Source of the DNA: Lytechinus pictus
Lineage: Eukaryota
Length of the DNA: 64,000 bases
Assembly (NCBI RefSeq): GCF_037042905.1
Contig: NC_087250.1
Coordinates: 11,906,001 to 11,970,000 of the forward strand
Reading direction: 5' to 3'
Shown piece by piece: positions 14,198 to 27,528 of the stretch; the first letter of the stretch is position 1, and every line of letters begins with the position of its first letter. The notes beneath the pieces were generated by a model that did no database searches, was not told where the DNA came from, and saw nothing but the letters and a program-made list of their open reading frames with translations. A program made the translations under genes and the position numbers.

Positions 14198-14564
14198 CTG
14201 AAGAGATGGGAAAAGGAAACACATTTGCGCAGGATTATAATAAATGCTAATAGTTATAAAAGTTGTAGTAGTACTATTACTTCTACTACTACTACTACTA
14301 ATACTGCTGCTGCTGCTACTAATCCTTGGGGTTCTTCAGCACCCCCAGCACCCCCGCTTCCAAGGGCCATGCTTAATTTTAGTGATTTTATCAATTCCCA
14401 TTTTTAACACATGAGCGTATGGAGAAACAGTTGGTGGTATATTGCCTTATCAGTCTGCTTGAATAGTGAGAACCACTAGATAACGACACTTTGAAATGCC
14501 GTATGTACCTGTTCCAAATCCCATATCTTTCTTCTCCTAAAAACTGCAGAGAATGGGACGACTT

Positions 14565-15090
14565 GAAGTTCAATTCAATTCAATTTATTGACCATAAAAA
14601 AACATCAAAATATTTACAGAAATAACATGATACCAACAAAATAATACAAAATATAACAGGTTACAAGTTACTTAATAGTCAGGACCCCTAAGAAGCAAAA
14701 TTGCTTATAGCCGGGGCCCTACAAATACATAAATATCATAACCGGTAAAAAAGTTATAAATAATCACACACCCACATCCACACATCATCACACAATGCAA
14801 AAACACAGAATATAGAATAGAAGATAAAACAACATTAAAAAAGAAGATAAAATACAATTGCAATTACAGGGGGGGGGGGGTTGGAGTTGTTTAAATATTT
14901 GAACAAAAATGACTTTGATAGTGACTGAAATCGTTAGAGTGTTGTGCTGTTTTTAATATCATATGTGATAGAATTCCATTCTTTCGCCCCGATACATCTG
15001 ATCAAATTACGAATAAGATTAATTTTAGAAAAAGGAATATATCAATTGTTTTGTTGTCTAGTAGAGTAATTATGAATTTTATAATTCTAT
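14565..15090 (-). mobile_element. Degraded 3' end of a CR1/L2-group LINE
   Basis: Minus strand encodes HNYSTRQQNN...IRCIGAKEWNSI (RT C-terminal motifs also seen in the 19383 LINE) and ends AATAAA(TTGAA)n. Confidence 0.65.
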
Positions 15091-15136
15091 ATAAGTAGCA
15101 GGATTATGCCGCGTTCCCCTCACTTCATGCCTTTAA

Positions 15137-15850
15137 AGGGGAAATTCACATTGGTGTTGTAAAAAAAGTTTATGATTTGTGACGTCATACACATGATAAA
15201 CGAGCAGCTGCCCATATGTTATGTAATGTAGGATGCATAAATTTCAATTTTCAATGGTTCGTGATGAGCTGTTTTTTGGTTTTTGTTTTTAGGAACGGGT
15301 GTGAAATGATTTGTCAATTAAAATACTGTTTCTGTTTATGGTAACTCCCGTATGAACTCGCCAGGACAGCTTTTTGCTGGTAAACGCCAAGCTGGTATAT
15401 AACCAATTTTTTAACCTTGGAAACATTTTGCACCTAGTTTAATCAGTCATAGCATGGACCTATTACGATGGTTCATGGTCATAGTGGCTGACCTTAAAGA
15501 CGAAAGATATTACTCTCGGGCCCTTTTATCAAAGTGGAGACAATGGCAGAGTGGGGATTCGAACTCACAGCCTTGTGATTATGAGTCCAATGCTCTAACC
15601 ACTGGACCACACTACCCTATATACTGAAGGTACAGTAAAAAACATTTTCAATTTTCTGAGAAAATGGCATTTCATTGATTTTTACCATACGATATGTGGA
15701 AAAGCTGCTCGTATATGACGTCACAAATCAAATAATTAAAATCATGATAACCTTCTTTAATTCTTTGATGGATATTTTAAAACCTTCGGCAATATTTTAT
15801 ACTTTTTCTGCTATTTTACAACGAACTTTTCTTCAGTGTAATCTTTCCCT
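15137..15850. mobile_element. Kolobok/T2-like MITE containing a SINE
   Basis: TTAA|AGGGGAA ... TTCCCT|TTAA; internal inverted TTTGTGACGTCATA / TATGACGTCACAAA. Confidence 0.7.
15329..15620 (-). mobile_element. tRNA-derived SINE
   Basis: Minus-strand head GGGTAGTGTGGTCCAGTGGTTAGAGC...GAGTTCGAATCCC (A and B boxes) followed by a non-tRNA body; ATACTG on both flanks. Confidence 0.7.
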
Positions 15851-17074
15851 TTAAGAGGGCATTAAGGAAGACCACGTGCACACTCCCGTCTATCATATCT
15901 CATTCACTCATATGAACAAACCCAATAACTAATTCTCTTGCATTTTATTGAATGAAACATACATTTCTGTTAGATTCTTAGATAGGCTTAGAAGTTGTCT
16001 TTATGAATCACAGAAGGTTGTTAGAGTGACAATCCAAAACTCTCTTGAGAAACAAATCCCTGTTTCACATTATAGCGAGGGAAAATTAAGATACCTCAAA
16101 TATCAAATATAATGAAATACAAAAGAAATATTGAGTGGCTAACGTTATTACCCCCCCCCCCCCAAAAAAAAAAATTATAAATAAAAAAAAAATCACCGAC
16201 TAGGATATGCACATTACTGTTTTTACATTTTGACGAAATTATTAGCGTGATGACAGTTCGATATTTTCTCGAATCAATTCTTGTTGGGATAAAATTACCC
16301 TTTACCTAAGAACGATATGCTACATGAACTTCAGAAGAAGTAAAACAAAAAAAGAACGGAAAACCTACGTTTAAACCCACAGTCAACGCCTCCAAATCCT
16401 TCAGGGCAAGCGCAATCGCCATTTTCCAGACATGTACCTCCGTTGAGACACGTGCAAACAGCTGGGTGGAAAAAGTTTGTGAACAGGACAAAGATTTCTT
16501 TAAATTACAAAATAACATTTCATGCATCACTCTAAAAATAAAATGTTGAATCAACATGTTAAAGGTTGGAGGAGGGGCAACCTTTTAGATCCAACGTTGC
16601 ATAAAGCTGAATCCAATAATGTAAGTGCTGGCTCGAACCATTTAACATGTTTAAAGAGGTAAATGCAACATTAAAAAAAATAATTTTTACTCCTCCAATC
16701 TTTCAATTTTGATTTAAAATTTCATTTTCTTGAGTGAGTCATATCATTTCACAAACAAGGTTAGGCAACATACATGTATATCTACAAAGCAGTCTCAAGA
16801 ACACCTGTAATCTTACTGCACTGTGTAATCTTACATGCAATTTTGTGTAAAATTACAGAAAATTGGTATTTCGTGTATGTAACCTCAAAAAAATTTTGCA
16901 GTAAAACTGTTTCCACTTTTTTAAACCTGGCCTGTTCTGTAACATTGTATTGTAAAAAAGTATTTCATCAAATAATGACTTCCATCTTAAAAACATATTA
17001 ACATGATTAAACTTTATAGTCTAATAGACTTTAAGGTGGCTTTGAATGGCTCTATAGACTTGGCATTGTGTATT

Positions 17075-17360
17075 ATAATAATAATAATATAATAATATAG
17101 GGTATTTATATTGCGCACATATCCACCTTGTTAGGTGCTCAAGGCGCTCCTATATATTACCCGGCTAAGCTAGGCGTTCATAGCGCACACAGCTTTTTAA
17201 GGAATTACTTCCTACCGGTACCCATTTACCTCACCTGGGTTGAGTGCAGCACATTGTGGATCAGTTTCTTGCCGAAGGAAATTACGCCATGGCTGGGATT
17301 CGAACCCACGACCCTCTGTTTCAAAGTCCGAAGACTAATCCACTGGGCCACAACGCTCCA
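17075..17360 (-). mobile_element. tRNA-derived SINE with (ATT)n tail
   Basis: Head TGGAGCGTTGTGGCCCAGTGG...GGTTCGAATCCC; core AACCCAGGTGAGGTAAATGGGTACC (Deu/Nin-like); second copy at 25432-25715. Confidence 0.8.
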
Positions 17361-17696
17361 CATTATTATTCTCTATAGCGAATCATATCAATTCACAAAC
17401 AAGGTTAGGTATTATACATGTATATCTATACTGCTAGAAAATTTCTACTTAAAAAGATATATCATGCACAGTTTCGGGAACACCTGTTATCTTACACTTT
17501 AAAAAAGGTTTACTTAAGAGATAAATGATATTTCCTCATTAATTCATCTATGTAAAAATGCTTGTAGCCATTAGAGAAGCACATTGGTGAAGTTCGAGCA
17601 AATCGGACAGTCGTAGATGATATTTCATTTTGTTTATTTTCTTTAATTTCCAACCATTTGCTTTCGTACATCTTGAAATATACAGTATACATACAT

Positions 17697-20600
17697 AGGC
17701 GGATCCACTAGGGCCCCCCCCCCCCCTATTGGCGGAGCAAAAAAAAGGAAAAAAAGGGAAAGAAAGAAAAAAAAGGAAAAAAAGGTAAGAGAGAGGAGAA
17801 AAAAGAGGGGGAAACATAAGAGGAAGAAGACGAGTGAATAAAATAAGATGGGGGGGAAGACTTGGAAAATGATTAAGAAAATCTTTCATGTCACTAAAAT
17901 TTTCGCCCGCGCTTCGCGCTCGCACTGGCTTTTAGGTGATTTACATATCTTGTTCAATATGAAGTTTAAATATCAAGTTTGGAAGTCAATATACAAACAT
18001 ATTTCATCTCAGAAATCGAACTTTCATTATTTTGTGTGACTTTCAAATTGATTTTTAAAAAGGGCTCTGTAAAAAAAAATCAGTTTTATGGTCTGAATAT
18101 TAAAATTTTCTGCTCGCGCTGCGCGCTCGCAAATTTTGATTTATCAGGTACCTATTATTTTCTTGTATTCCAAAAAGTTTTTAAAATATTCCTTTTCAGG
18201 TCTGATTGTCAAAACGTATCAGCTAGCGCTGCACGCTCGCATTTTGATTGGCGAGTTATGTATGTCTCAATATTGATTATACAACAAACTACTTAAAATC
18301 CCCTTTTCATGACAGTGTATAAAATATTTAGGCTCGCAATTTGCGCTCGCATTAATGGTTAATAATATATTAACTGATGCATCCTAGTTATAATTACAAA
18401 AGTGCTTGAAATGTCAAGTTTTCAGGCCATCATATCATCAGATTTCGCGCCCTCATTAGGTATTAATGAATAAGATATTCATTTAATAATTGATCTTTTT
18501 TTTTTCATCTTGCGCTTAACAAGAGGAATAGGAAGACAGTCTTCATTTTCATATTATGTCCTAAGGATGTGCCGGTACGTCCTATGTCAAAACTCAAAGT
18601 AATAATAATGAAAATATGAGCTCTTAATTAAGTGCGATCCATATCCACCTCACAATTTTCCTACAAAATTAAGTGCTTGAAATATAGAGCTGAAATTGAC
18701 TCTTTTTTAGATCGGATTATCAAATAGTTTAAGCTCGCGCTCGCTTGATTTTCACGATAAAAGATGTATAGAATGGCTATATTCTATATAGGTCTAAATA
18801 TGACACACGCGCGCGCATGTTTATTCGATACTCAACTTGTTCTCTATTCAAATCATTATCCAGTTTCAGATCACAATATCAAATTTTCTGCTCGCGCTTT
18901 GTGCTCGCATTATTAATGTAGAAAGATCCCCTATTACTCATTCTTTTTATGATATACAAAACATGAATAGAGTGTCCCGTTTTTAGGTCTAAATTTCGAA
19001 AAAAAAATCGCTCGCGCTTCACGCTCGCATCAATTGTTCAGTTATAAAGCTATCTTGTTTACGATTATAAAATTTGATAAAAAAATTATATTCATTATGT
19101 CGAAATAACAATTTTTTCAGCTCGCGCTTCGCGCTCGCATTATTTGATTGCTGAAATATGTAACGTCTTCATGGCTAAGTGGCAGTCCTTAACAGGTACC
19201 TTTTCGATCAGTTCAAAACGCATATGGACATTTTCTGCTCGCGCTTTGCGCTCGCATTATTAATGTAAAGAAGATCCCCAATTACTCATCCTTTTAATGA
19301 TTCACAAAGTATGAATAGAGTGTCTCGTTCAAGTAGGTCTAAATCTCGAAATTTTCCGCTCGCGCTTCGCGCTCGCATCAATCTTTACTATTATGACAAA
19401 AATGTACCTTTGACAAAAATCAAACCTGGTAAAAATAAGAATAAACAACCATGGATCACCCAAGGTATAATTCAATCAATATTCACCCGTAATCGATTAT
19501 ATAAGATATCGCTTAAATCACCAACTCTAGGACATTTAAATAAATACAAGAAATACCGTAATAAATTAACCTCAATAATTCGATTGGCTCGAAGATCGAA
19601 CTTTTCTAATAAAATTGAAATAAATAAGGATAATAACAAAACATTGTGGCATACAGTAAATGAAATGTTAAATAAAAATACGCGTGATTTTAACAATGTT
19701 GAGTTCCTTTTAAACGGGCATAAAACGCAAGACCCTTCAGAAATTGCTAAAGCATTTAATTCTTTTTTTACCAATGTTGGTCCTAATCTTGCATCTAAAA
19801 TTGCAACTAATGCCAATGATTTTTCTACATATTTAGGTAATCATGCCGAACATTCTTTATTTTTTATCCCTACCAATACTCATGAAATCATAGAAATTGT
19901 TCGGTCTTTTAAATCTACTCAATCCAGTGGCCATGACGGTATCAGTGTATGTTTACTTAAAGAAATAATTCATTATTTAGCTTCTCCGCTTTCATATATT
20001 TTCAATTTATCTCTCTCAAATGGAATTTTTCCGGATCAACTAAAAATTGAAAAAATAATTCCTATTTACAAAAAAGAAGACCCTTGCCAAATATCTAACT
20101 ACCGTCCCATTTCATTATTACCCAGTATATCCAAAATACTTGAAAAAATTGTTTACAAACGATTGTACTCTTTTCTGGATACAAATAAATTATTAATCTC
20201 AAATCAATATGGCTTTAGGAAAAATCATTCAACTGACTATGCAATTTTACAATTACATGATCAAATAATAGATTCACTTTCTAAAAATGAACACACCGTT
20301 GGGGTCTTTATGGATCTATCGAAGGCATTCGATACTATGGATCACCATATTCTTTTGTGTAAATTAAAGACTTACGGAATCAGAGGTATTGTTTTATCAT
20401 GGTTTAATGATTATTTATCCAACAGACGTCAGTATGTTAATTTTCATTATAAATCATCCCAAGTTTGTACCGTTAAGTGTGGGGTACCACAGGGCTCCAT
20501 CCTAGGCCCTTTGTTATTTTTAATTTATATGAATGATATAATTAATGCATCACCTCTACTTACCTATGTTCTCTTTGCAGATGACACTAATGTATTTTAT

Positions 20601-22095
20601 TCTCACAAAAACTTAGACATACTTGAAACAATACTTAATCACGAATTAGATAAATTTTCTATGTGGTTTAAATCAAACAAACTCTCCTTAAACATTAACA
20701 AAACAAATTTCATATACTTTAAACACCTTAATTCTAAACATACATTTCGTGGTTCCATTCAAATTAATAACATCAGTCTCATTGAAAAACAAGAGACTAA
20801 ATTTTTAGGGGTAATAATCGATTCTAATTTAACTTGGAACAGCCACATTCATAATGTTAGCACACTAGTTGCCAGAGGTATTGGTATATTATATAAACTC
20901 AAATATTGTCTTTCCCAAAGATCACTATTTATGTTGTACAATTCTTTTATTTTATCACATATTTCATATTGCAATATATTGTGGGGTAATAGCAATAAAA
21001 CAAAAATAGATTCAATTCTGCGCCTTCAAAAAAAGGCACTCCGTATTTGCACCCATTCGCAATATTTAGCTCACTCTGATCCCATTTTTCGGAAACTCAA
21101 AACGTTGAAAATAAACGATATCCATACTTTACAATCTGCCATTTTTATGTACAAATTCTCAACCAATGCTATACCTACATCCTTTCAAAACATGTTTACC
21201 TACAATAGCGACATTCATTCATATCCTACACGTCACTCATCAGACTTTCATTTGACAAACCCGAAAATAATTTTAGCACAGAAAACAATTAGACACCACG
21301 GCCCAGATATATGAAACAACATACCAAATCATATTAAACTCACTGCATCTGTCTTTTCTTTTAAAGCTTCATTGAAAAAATATATTTTATCCAGATATTC
21401 ATAAATCTCTCACCTGCACTTGCACCCACTAGCACTCACTAGCACACACTTCATTTGTCAATTTCTACTTTTTTCCCCGTTATTTGATGATTCGTGACAT
21501 TAATTTTTTTTTCTTACAGACACAATTAATTTCTTAGGTTTCCATGTAGCCCTTCCCTTTTTTGGCTGCTATGCTTCAAGCATATATTTGCTTATATAGT
21601 TTGCCTCTGCATTTTACTTATTATATATATTTTTTATATATTGTATTTATGTCTTTCTCCAGTCACTACATATAAGATTGTCACTTGGTTATGTACTTTA
21701 TGCTATATTATGATTATGTCTCAAGCATTGTAAATTTGTTTTGTATATATTCCAATAAATGCAGAAAATCCTGCAAAAAAAAATTGTTTAGTTATATACA
21801 TATTTTGTTTAAGTTACAAAAAGTGCTTAGAATTTCCATTCTTTTGATAAAAATGTCATAAATTTCATCTCTCGCTTCGCGCTGGCATTATTTGATTTTG
21901 TAAATATTTATAACGTCTTCATGGCTAACAGCATGCAGTCTTTAACAGGTACATTTTCCATCAGTTCATTTTCTGCTCGCGCTTCGTGTTCGTAGTAATT
22001 ATTTAGTTGCATACACATCTTTATCAGGATAACAAACATTGCCCAGAATGTTCAAATTTAAGGAAAAAATACATAAGATTTCCAAAAAATTTGAT
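17697..22095. mobile_element. Non-autonomous DNA element with CTCGCGCTTCGCGCTCGC sub-repeats (copy 2, interrupted by a LINE)
   Basis: Begins TAGGCGGATCCA; collinear with 90-1974; the repeat unit GCATCA|ATTGTTTAGTTATA is split by the LINE. Confidence 0.7.
19383..21782 (+). mobile_element. 5'-truncated CR1/L2-group (Crack-like) LINE, RT region
   Basis: PWIT, NYRPISLL, QYGFR, DLSKAFD, GVPQGSILGP, FADD, KFLGV motifs; no endonuclease. TGA at 21312 replaces the conserved Trp (GPDI*NNIP) and the frame continues to about 21404. AATAAA near 21754 and an A-tail. Confidence 0.9.
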
Positions 22096-23034
22096 GAATA
22101 ACAAGTCCAACAATGACAAACGACACTAGCAGACGACAGTTTATTATGGTCAATTCAATCTTACGATGCAGATATTCAAAGCCTCTAGTCAGAGAGAACC
22201 GATAACCTGTTCTCTGCTGAGAGATCACCTGCTATTTTATACATTTCTAACTTTGTTTTTTCCCTCGTTTATACAACACCCGAGGCAACATATGGGTTCA
22301 AATCGAAAATCGAAAACTCAATAATTCATGTAAATGTATCGTTAATCATTGATACTGCACGTTTTATTTTACCAAAAAAAGGTACATGTTGGAAACGTTG
22401 TTTATGATATTTTTAACCTAAATCAAATCGCTTTCCCCCCTCAGGTGTTTTTTTGTCAATATTCATTTTTTTTTCCGACGGAAAAGTATAAATTTATTTG
22501 CTTTTGCCCGCAAACTTTTGTAGTTAAAAAAAGAGTTTTTACATTGCACATTTGTACGCTGAATTAAACCATGGACCTAAACTAGCACACAGGCAGGATT
22601 TCCTTTCTTCTTAAAACAACCATAGCAATACTTTGACTAATATAGCCCAATCTCTGCACGATGTATTTGATATCATCAGTTCCAAATATCACGATCCTGT
22701 CATGTCGACATCTTTTAAAAAGAGATGAATAAAATAACAAGATCTCAATATAAATTGAGAAATAATGATAAGATTTTGTTGATCTTCTGCATGATTTTTG
22801 TTGAAAATGAAATAAACATGACTCGTAACATTAATTTCAAAAAAAAAAATGGGGCAGTAGCTCGATACCTTGTCCCCCCCCCCCCCCCCCCCCCCCCCTT
22901 CACCTCGTTGTGCAGTCCTGTCTCTAGTCCCCGACGGACTTGACAAAATCTCCTGCCATTGACACGACATCAAAGATCTCGGTTCTTGTTAATGAATCAA
23001 CTATTCCAAAGAACTTGATATGGAATCTGTGACT

Positions 23035-23317
23035 TGGAACCCGTTTTGCAAATAGTTGCGATTGATCCGATCATCAACCACAACTATAGAAGCCAGCAAC
23101 GTCAACATCTAAATTGCATGTTTGTTCAAAATATTTTGTTTAGATATAATGCTGTTCACTCATACATTATTTACTTTCTTGAAAAGTTAGGGCGATTATC
23201 TTTGTTTACAAAGTGTATTGCGCAAATTTCCTGTAGAAAATATTATGACCATAACGGATTTTCATTATATTTGAGCTTGATCGGATAAATCGTAATTCTT
23301 TGTAAGACGGGGACCTG
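23035..23317. mobile_element. MITE with GG(C/A)CCCGTTT-type TIRs (related elements near 36120, 49510, 59228)
   Basis: CCCGTTTTGCAAA...GATCCGATCA versus TGATCGGAT...TTTGTAAGACGGGG inverted ends. Confidence 0.55.
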
Positions 23318-24359
23318 ATCATCTATTTGACTTTACACTTTTGTTGACATGCTTCATATTTTGGTCGAACTTGCATTGACTCCGCACTATCGTACCGCAA
23401 TAAAGTGGAACAAGTCAATTTGGAAAGCGTAATAACCAACTTTTGCCCCACCCCGCCCCCCAAACAATCAATCTTAATAATATGTAGATTTATAAATAAA
23501 TCATGAATAACTAGCTAATTATTGTATCGTACGTAAATAAGGATTCAGACACGTTGATTTTCGGACGTGAATGACGAAGCAAAGGATTGCCCAATACGGC
23601 TTACTCCAAGACTACAAGAGATACGAGAATCCCAGAGATGGGCAAGGGCCGAGTGTGAATTTTATTCATGTGGATTGTAGCTCTTTTATGCACCTTTTCC
23701 CTTCATATATAGCTTGGCGTGCTATATACGGGAAATATAGAGCGAGGCGCTAGCGCAGCTTACTGTATACTGACTCCTTGGCCCTCCCCAAAGGAAAGGG
23801 GGAGGGAGGAAAAAGAAAGAAAGAAGTGGATTGGTGAAAGAAAATCAGGAGAGCCATCATAAAGGGATCAGAATACAACATACCCTAATTTAATATTTTG
23901 GTGTTTTTTATCTTTCCTGAATGTTTCAGTCAGTTTCAGATTATTTGGCTCCACTCACAAAGCACAGAGGAGCAATTGGAAATAAAAAGCTAAAACAAAA
24001 ATATTTAAAACTCTAAACAGACGGCCACCACCATTCTATCTACAGTCAAGCATGAAGAAAGGGAAAGGGCGAAGAGAAAAACGATTACTTTTAGGGCGGG
24101 TTCTGCGATATAATGGGTAAGATGGGAATATGCATGTTAGTTGGGTAAAAAGATACCAAATATTTTGTAAATTCTACGTAATGTTGCATTGAAATAGCCC
24201 ATTATTGGGTTAAAAAAAAACATGCATGTTCCCTTTTTACCCAATATTGGGTAAAATTTTACTCAGTGTTTTAGAGTGTACTGCACTATGTAATCTTACA
24301 TGCATTTGTGTAAAACTACACAGAATTGGTATTTGGTGTATGTAACCTTAAAAAATATT

Positions 24360-24537
24360 GGCAAAAAGAAGCTGCTGAAAACTGCTTATCTAATAAAAGA
24401 GAGCCAATGGAGTAAATTAGAAAGTCAAAAGGGGCCTAAGCTTTCGATCCTAGCAGAATCTTCGTCGGAGGCAAAGGCAAAATGCCTCCGACGAAGATTC
24501 TGCTAGGATCGAAAGCTTAGGCCCCTTTTGACTTTCT
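24360..24537. mobile_element. Penelope-like terminal fragment, inverted-duplicated, with minimal hammerhead-like motifs
   Basis: Perfect 55-bp arms 24419-24473 / 24483-24537, 9-nt loop; each arm reads GCCT-CCGACGAAG-ATTCT-GCT-AGGAT-CGAAAGCTT-AGGC. Confidence 0.6.
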
Positions 24538-25431
24538 TAAAACATACTGTAATAAAACTGTTTCCCCTTTTCTAAAACAGACCTGTTCAGTAAAATTGCA
24601 TTGTAGAAAATTATTTCATCAAATAATTACCTCCGTCTCCAGACCCTCCAAACATTTCTTCTGCTACTGTATACGTATATAAGAGCGAATTCATAGAATG
24701 ATAAAGATAAACGGAAATAGCAATGAAATAAAATAAACATATCAGACTGGTCCAATAGACTTGTCCTTTAACCCTTTGCGCGCTGATGTTGTAATCTTGC
24801 ACATTCTTACAATCAAATTCAACAATCGTAATAAATAGTTTTCTCCCATACCTTCAAATTAGATAAGCTAACAAAATGCAATAGTTCTTGCATCATATAT
24901 AATATAATAATAATAATTACCAATAGTACAATATGGATATCTTGAAGTAAAGAAAGAAACAATTGTCATTATTATCTCCCCAAGATCAATTCAGCGTGCA
25001 AAGAGTTGCAGTTGGCTTTGAATGACTCTATAGACTTGGCATTGCGTATTGTTGATGAGAGTGCATTCTACAAAGTTGGACACAATTCCCAAAAGCTTTT
25101 TAATCAATTGAGTATTTGACTCTACGAGCTGTCACCAACCCTGTTCCTGAGGATCTTAGACTTTTAGAGGGTACATATTCCGAGATAGATCGTTAAAATA
25201 ATGAGGAGCACAACCATTAACAATTTTTCATGTAAGCTACAAAATCATGAACTTCAATCGCTACCACCACGGGCAGCCAGTGAAGTTCTTTAGAACAGGA
25301 GTTATGTGCGTATATCAAGAACATGTAGAAGTTTCACTGAGAATTAGGGCGGAGGCATTTTCCACTCTCTGTAGCTTGAGGATCTGAACATTGTTAGCAT
25401 GATCAACAGTGCATAGTCTAAACGAGAAATA

Positions 25432-25715
25432 CAGTCCGTTATTGTATAGCGCATAACACATTATAAATAACGTCTCTATGCGCTTCCAAAGGACTTGAAT
25501 ATCACTACCCCGGCTGTAGCTCAAGCAGCTAGCTTCAAGCGCTCGGCATTTCAAGGAATAAGTTCCTGCCAGGTACCCATTCACCTCACCTGGGTTGAGT
25601 GCAGCACAAGGTGGATACATTTCTTGTTGAAGGAAATCACACCATGGCTGGGATTTGAACCCACGGCCCTCTGTTTCAAAGTCCGGAGACTAATTTACTG
25701 GGCCACAATGCTCCA
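25432..25715 (-). mobile_element. tRNA-derived SINE (same family as 17075-17360)
   Basis: Shares GTACCCATT.ACCTCACCTGGGTTGAGTGCAGCAC and the tRNA-like head. Confidence 0.75.
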
Positions 25716-26050
25716 TCGATAAATGTGAAGGTGAAGTCACCTTCGCGGACATAGATTTTCGAACACTATTAATATTACGCATTTGGATATACATGTATAG
25801 GCCTATATATATTAAAAATTATGAGGGTTGACTGTGAAGGTTCTCAGAAAAGACACCACACTCCATTTACCCACGGGACTTACGCCATTATTTTCGACGT
25901 AATATTCAGTGTTTTGTTTGTCTGATTTTATTTTTTCATATCATATCATTTTCAGTCTGACCCCCTTTAAACATAAAAAAAATGTATTATCCTTGAACAA
26001 TACTACCACGAAAGGATACATATCAGATATATATTTGGGTTATCAACTAC

Positions 26051-26266
26051 ACAGTAAAAAAAAATTATGCAACGCTGTTTACTATATGAACCATACAGTA
26101 ATTGTTTAAACAGCATACAAGTGTTTAAATCTTAAGCAACAAAGTTTAATTTTCAATATCTAATCTTCAATAAATTAAACATGATTGTTTAAACGGTTAA
26201 ACAAATACTGTAGGGTTCATATTGTAAACAGCGTTGTATAAAATCTTAAACAGCGTTTTTACTGTG
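26051..26266. mobile_element. TA-flanked MITE
   Basis: TA|CACAGTAAAAA ... TTTTTACTGTG|TA. Confidence 0.65.
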
Positions 26267-26644
26267 TACAAAACCTGTACAACTCGTAGAATTTGGAAAG
26301 GGCAGAGTCGTTGGGCCGAAAATCTGAAACCATACCCTAAATAACTTTGGTTACCATGAAATGAGGGGGCTTCTGTAAATGAGGGTGTTTGAGAGCGAGA
26401 ATTTAAAATGAAAGAACACAGTGTGTGATACAGTGTGGAACACAATGTGTGTTATCCCCTTCACACTGTTAAATATGCGCATTTCAACAGTGTGAATCAC
26501 ATATTCACGTAGTCGACCATGACATGTGAACACGTTGTGAACAGCCACACTGTCGGGGTGTCTTCAGTGTGAAAGTGTCTAGACACTTTTGGATTTGAGC
26601 ATTTTATTGCTATCACACTGTGTGACACTGAGTTACCTTTGAAA

Positions 26645-27216
26645 CCGGGGGGGGGGGGCACTTCCATTGACGAGCGGATACCATGCGGTCTCGAAAAGCA
26701 CCCTAAACAAGTATTTTTCCATATTCTGAATATGCACCCCTCACCAAGTATTTGCAAGTGAAACCCTACCCTTAACAAGTATTGGAAATGAAACGATACC
26801 CTTGGCAAGTATTCCCTGAATCGAACCCCTAAACAAGTACAGCGATAGTTTAATTGTTACATGTCACGGACGTCGGTTTTACCTTTACCTCCATGTACAT
26901 CATTGGGTTTACTAGTTTAGTAAAGCCACACCTCGCGCAAACCGGACTCTAAACACGTAGTGTTGACTGTTGGGTAAAACGTACATCCTTTATAAAACAT
27001 TTTAGTCTGTTTTCTATACCCTCCCAAATTTGACCCTAAACACGTAGCCTTCCTAGCGAAATAGATACCCTTTTTTCATTACATGTATTTAAGTGTTTTG
27101 GCACCCTTATTACGTTACGTACATAACGTGCCCTATCTTGAAAAAGACATCCTTTTTACGTGTTTTTTTTTTTGGTCGCGCATGGTATCCACTCATCAAT
27201 GCAATTGGCCCCCGGG
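26645..27216. mobile_element. MITE with CCGGGGG termini (related right end near 6170-6215)
   Basis: CCGGGG..CATTGACGAGCGGATACCATGCG versus CGCATGGTATCCACTCATCAATG..CCCCCGG; internal ACCC(C/T)...CAAGTA repeats. Confidence 0.65.
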
Positions 27217-27263
27217 CTTCGAAAGTAGATTAGTGAAACCGTTGACTACCAACAAAAACTTAC

Positions 27264-27330
27264 CAGGTGCATCGGCAGCAACCATGCTAACAGCATAACA
27301 GTAAAGAACAAGTCTTAGTGAGGATATCAT
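27264..27330 (-). CDS. ZP-domain protein gene, first coding exon (signal peptide)
   Basis: Minus strand ATG...CCT G|GTAAGT encodes MISSLRLVLYCYAVSMVAADAP (hydrophobic core, VAA-D cleavage-like). Consensus donor; its phase-1 end fits the TT start of the 14197 exon (G+TT = Val). Additional phase-1 exons in between cannot be excluded. Confidence 0.75.
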
Positions 27331-27520
27331 CTTGGAAGAAAAAGACGGTCCTTCTCATTCGGAGTAGTCAGACAACTGATATGATATGACAAACTCAGAG
27401 ATGAAATGAACCCATCGTATCGATCGAGAGCTGCAATCTTCTCGGCACCTGGAATACGGAGGTTCATAACTGCAGCTGTTACACCCATCGGAGACCTGGA
27501 ATGGGTGCGGCCTGTGAAGA

Positions 27521-27528
27521 TGACGTCA
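27521..27528. promoter_or_regulatory. CRE/ATF palindrome upstream of the ZP gene ATG
   Basis: TGACGTCA about 190 bp 5' of the predicted ATG; motif only, function unproven. Confidence 0.3.

Noticed and set aside
15550..17360. tRNA genes near 15550-15617 and 17290-17360
   Set aside because: A/B boxes run into SINE bodies and tails; these are SINE heads.
19311..19382. N-terminus of the 667-aa RT ORF
   Set aside because: The ATG and first about 24 codons come from the host repeat by chance in-frame fusion; the LINE is 5'-truncated and has a premature stop.
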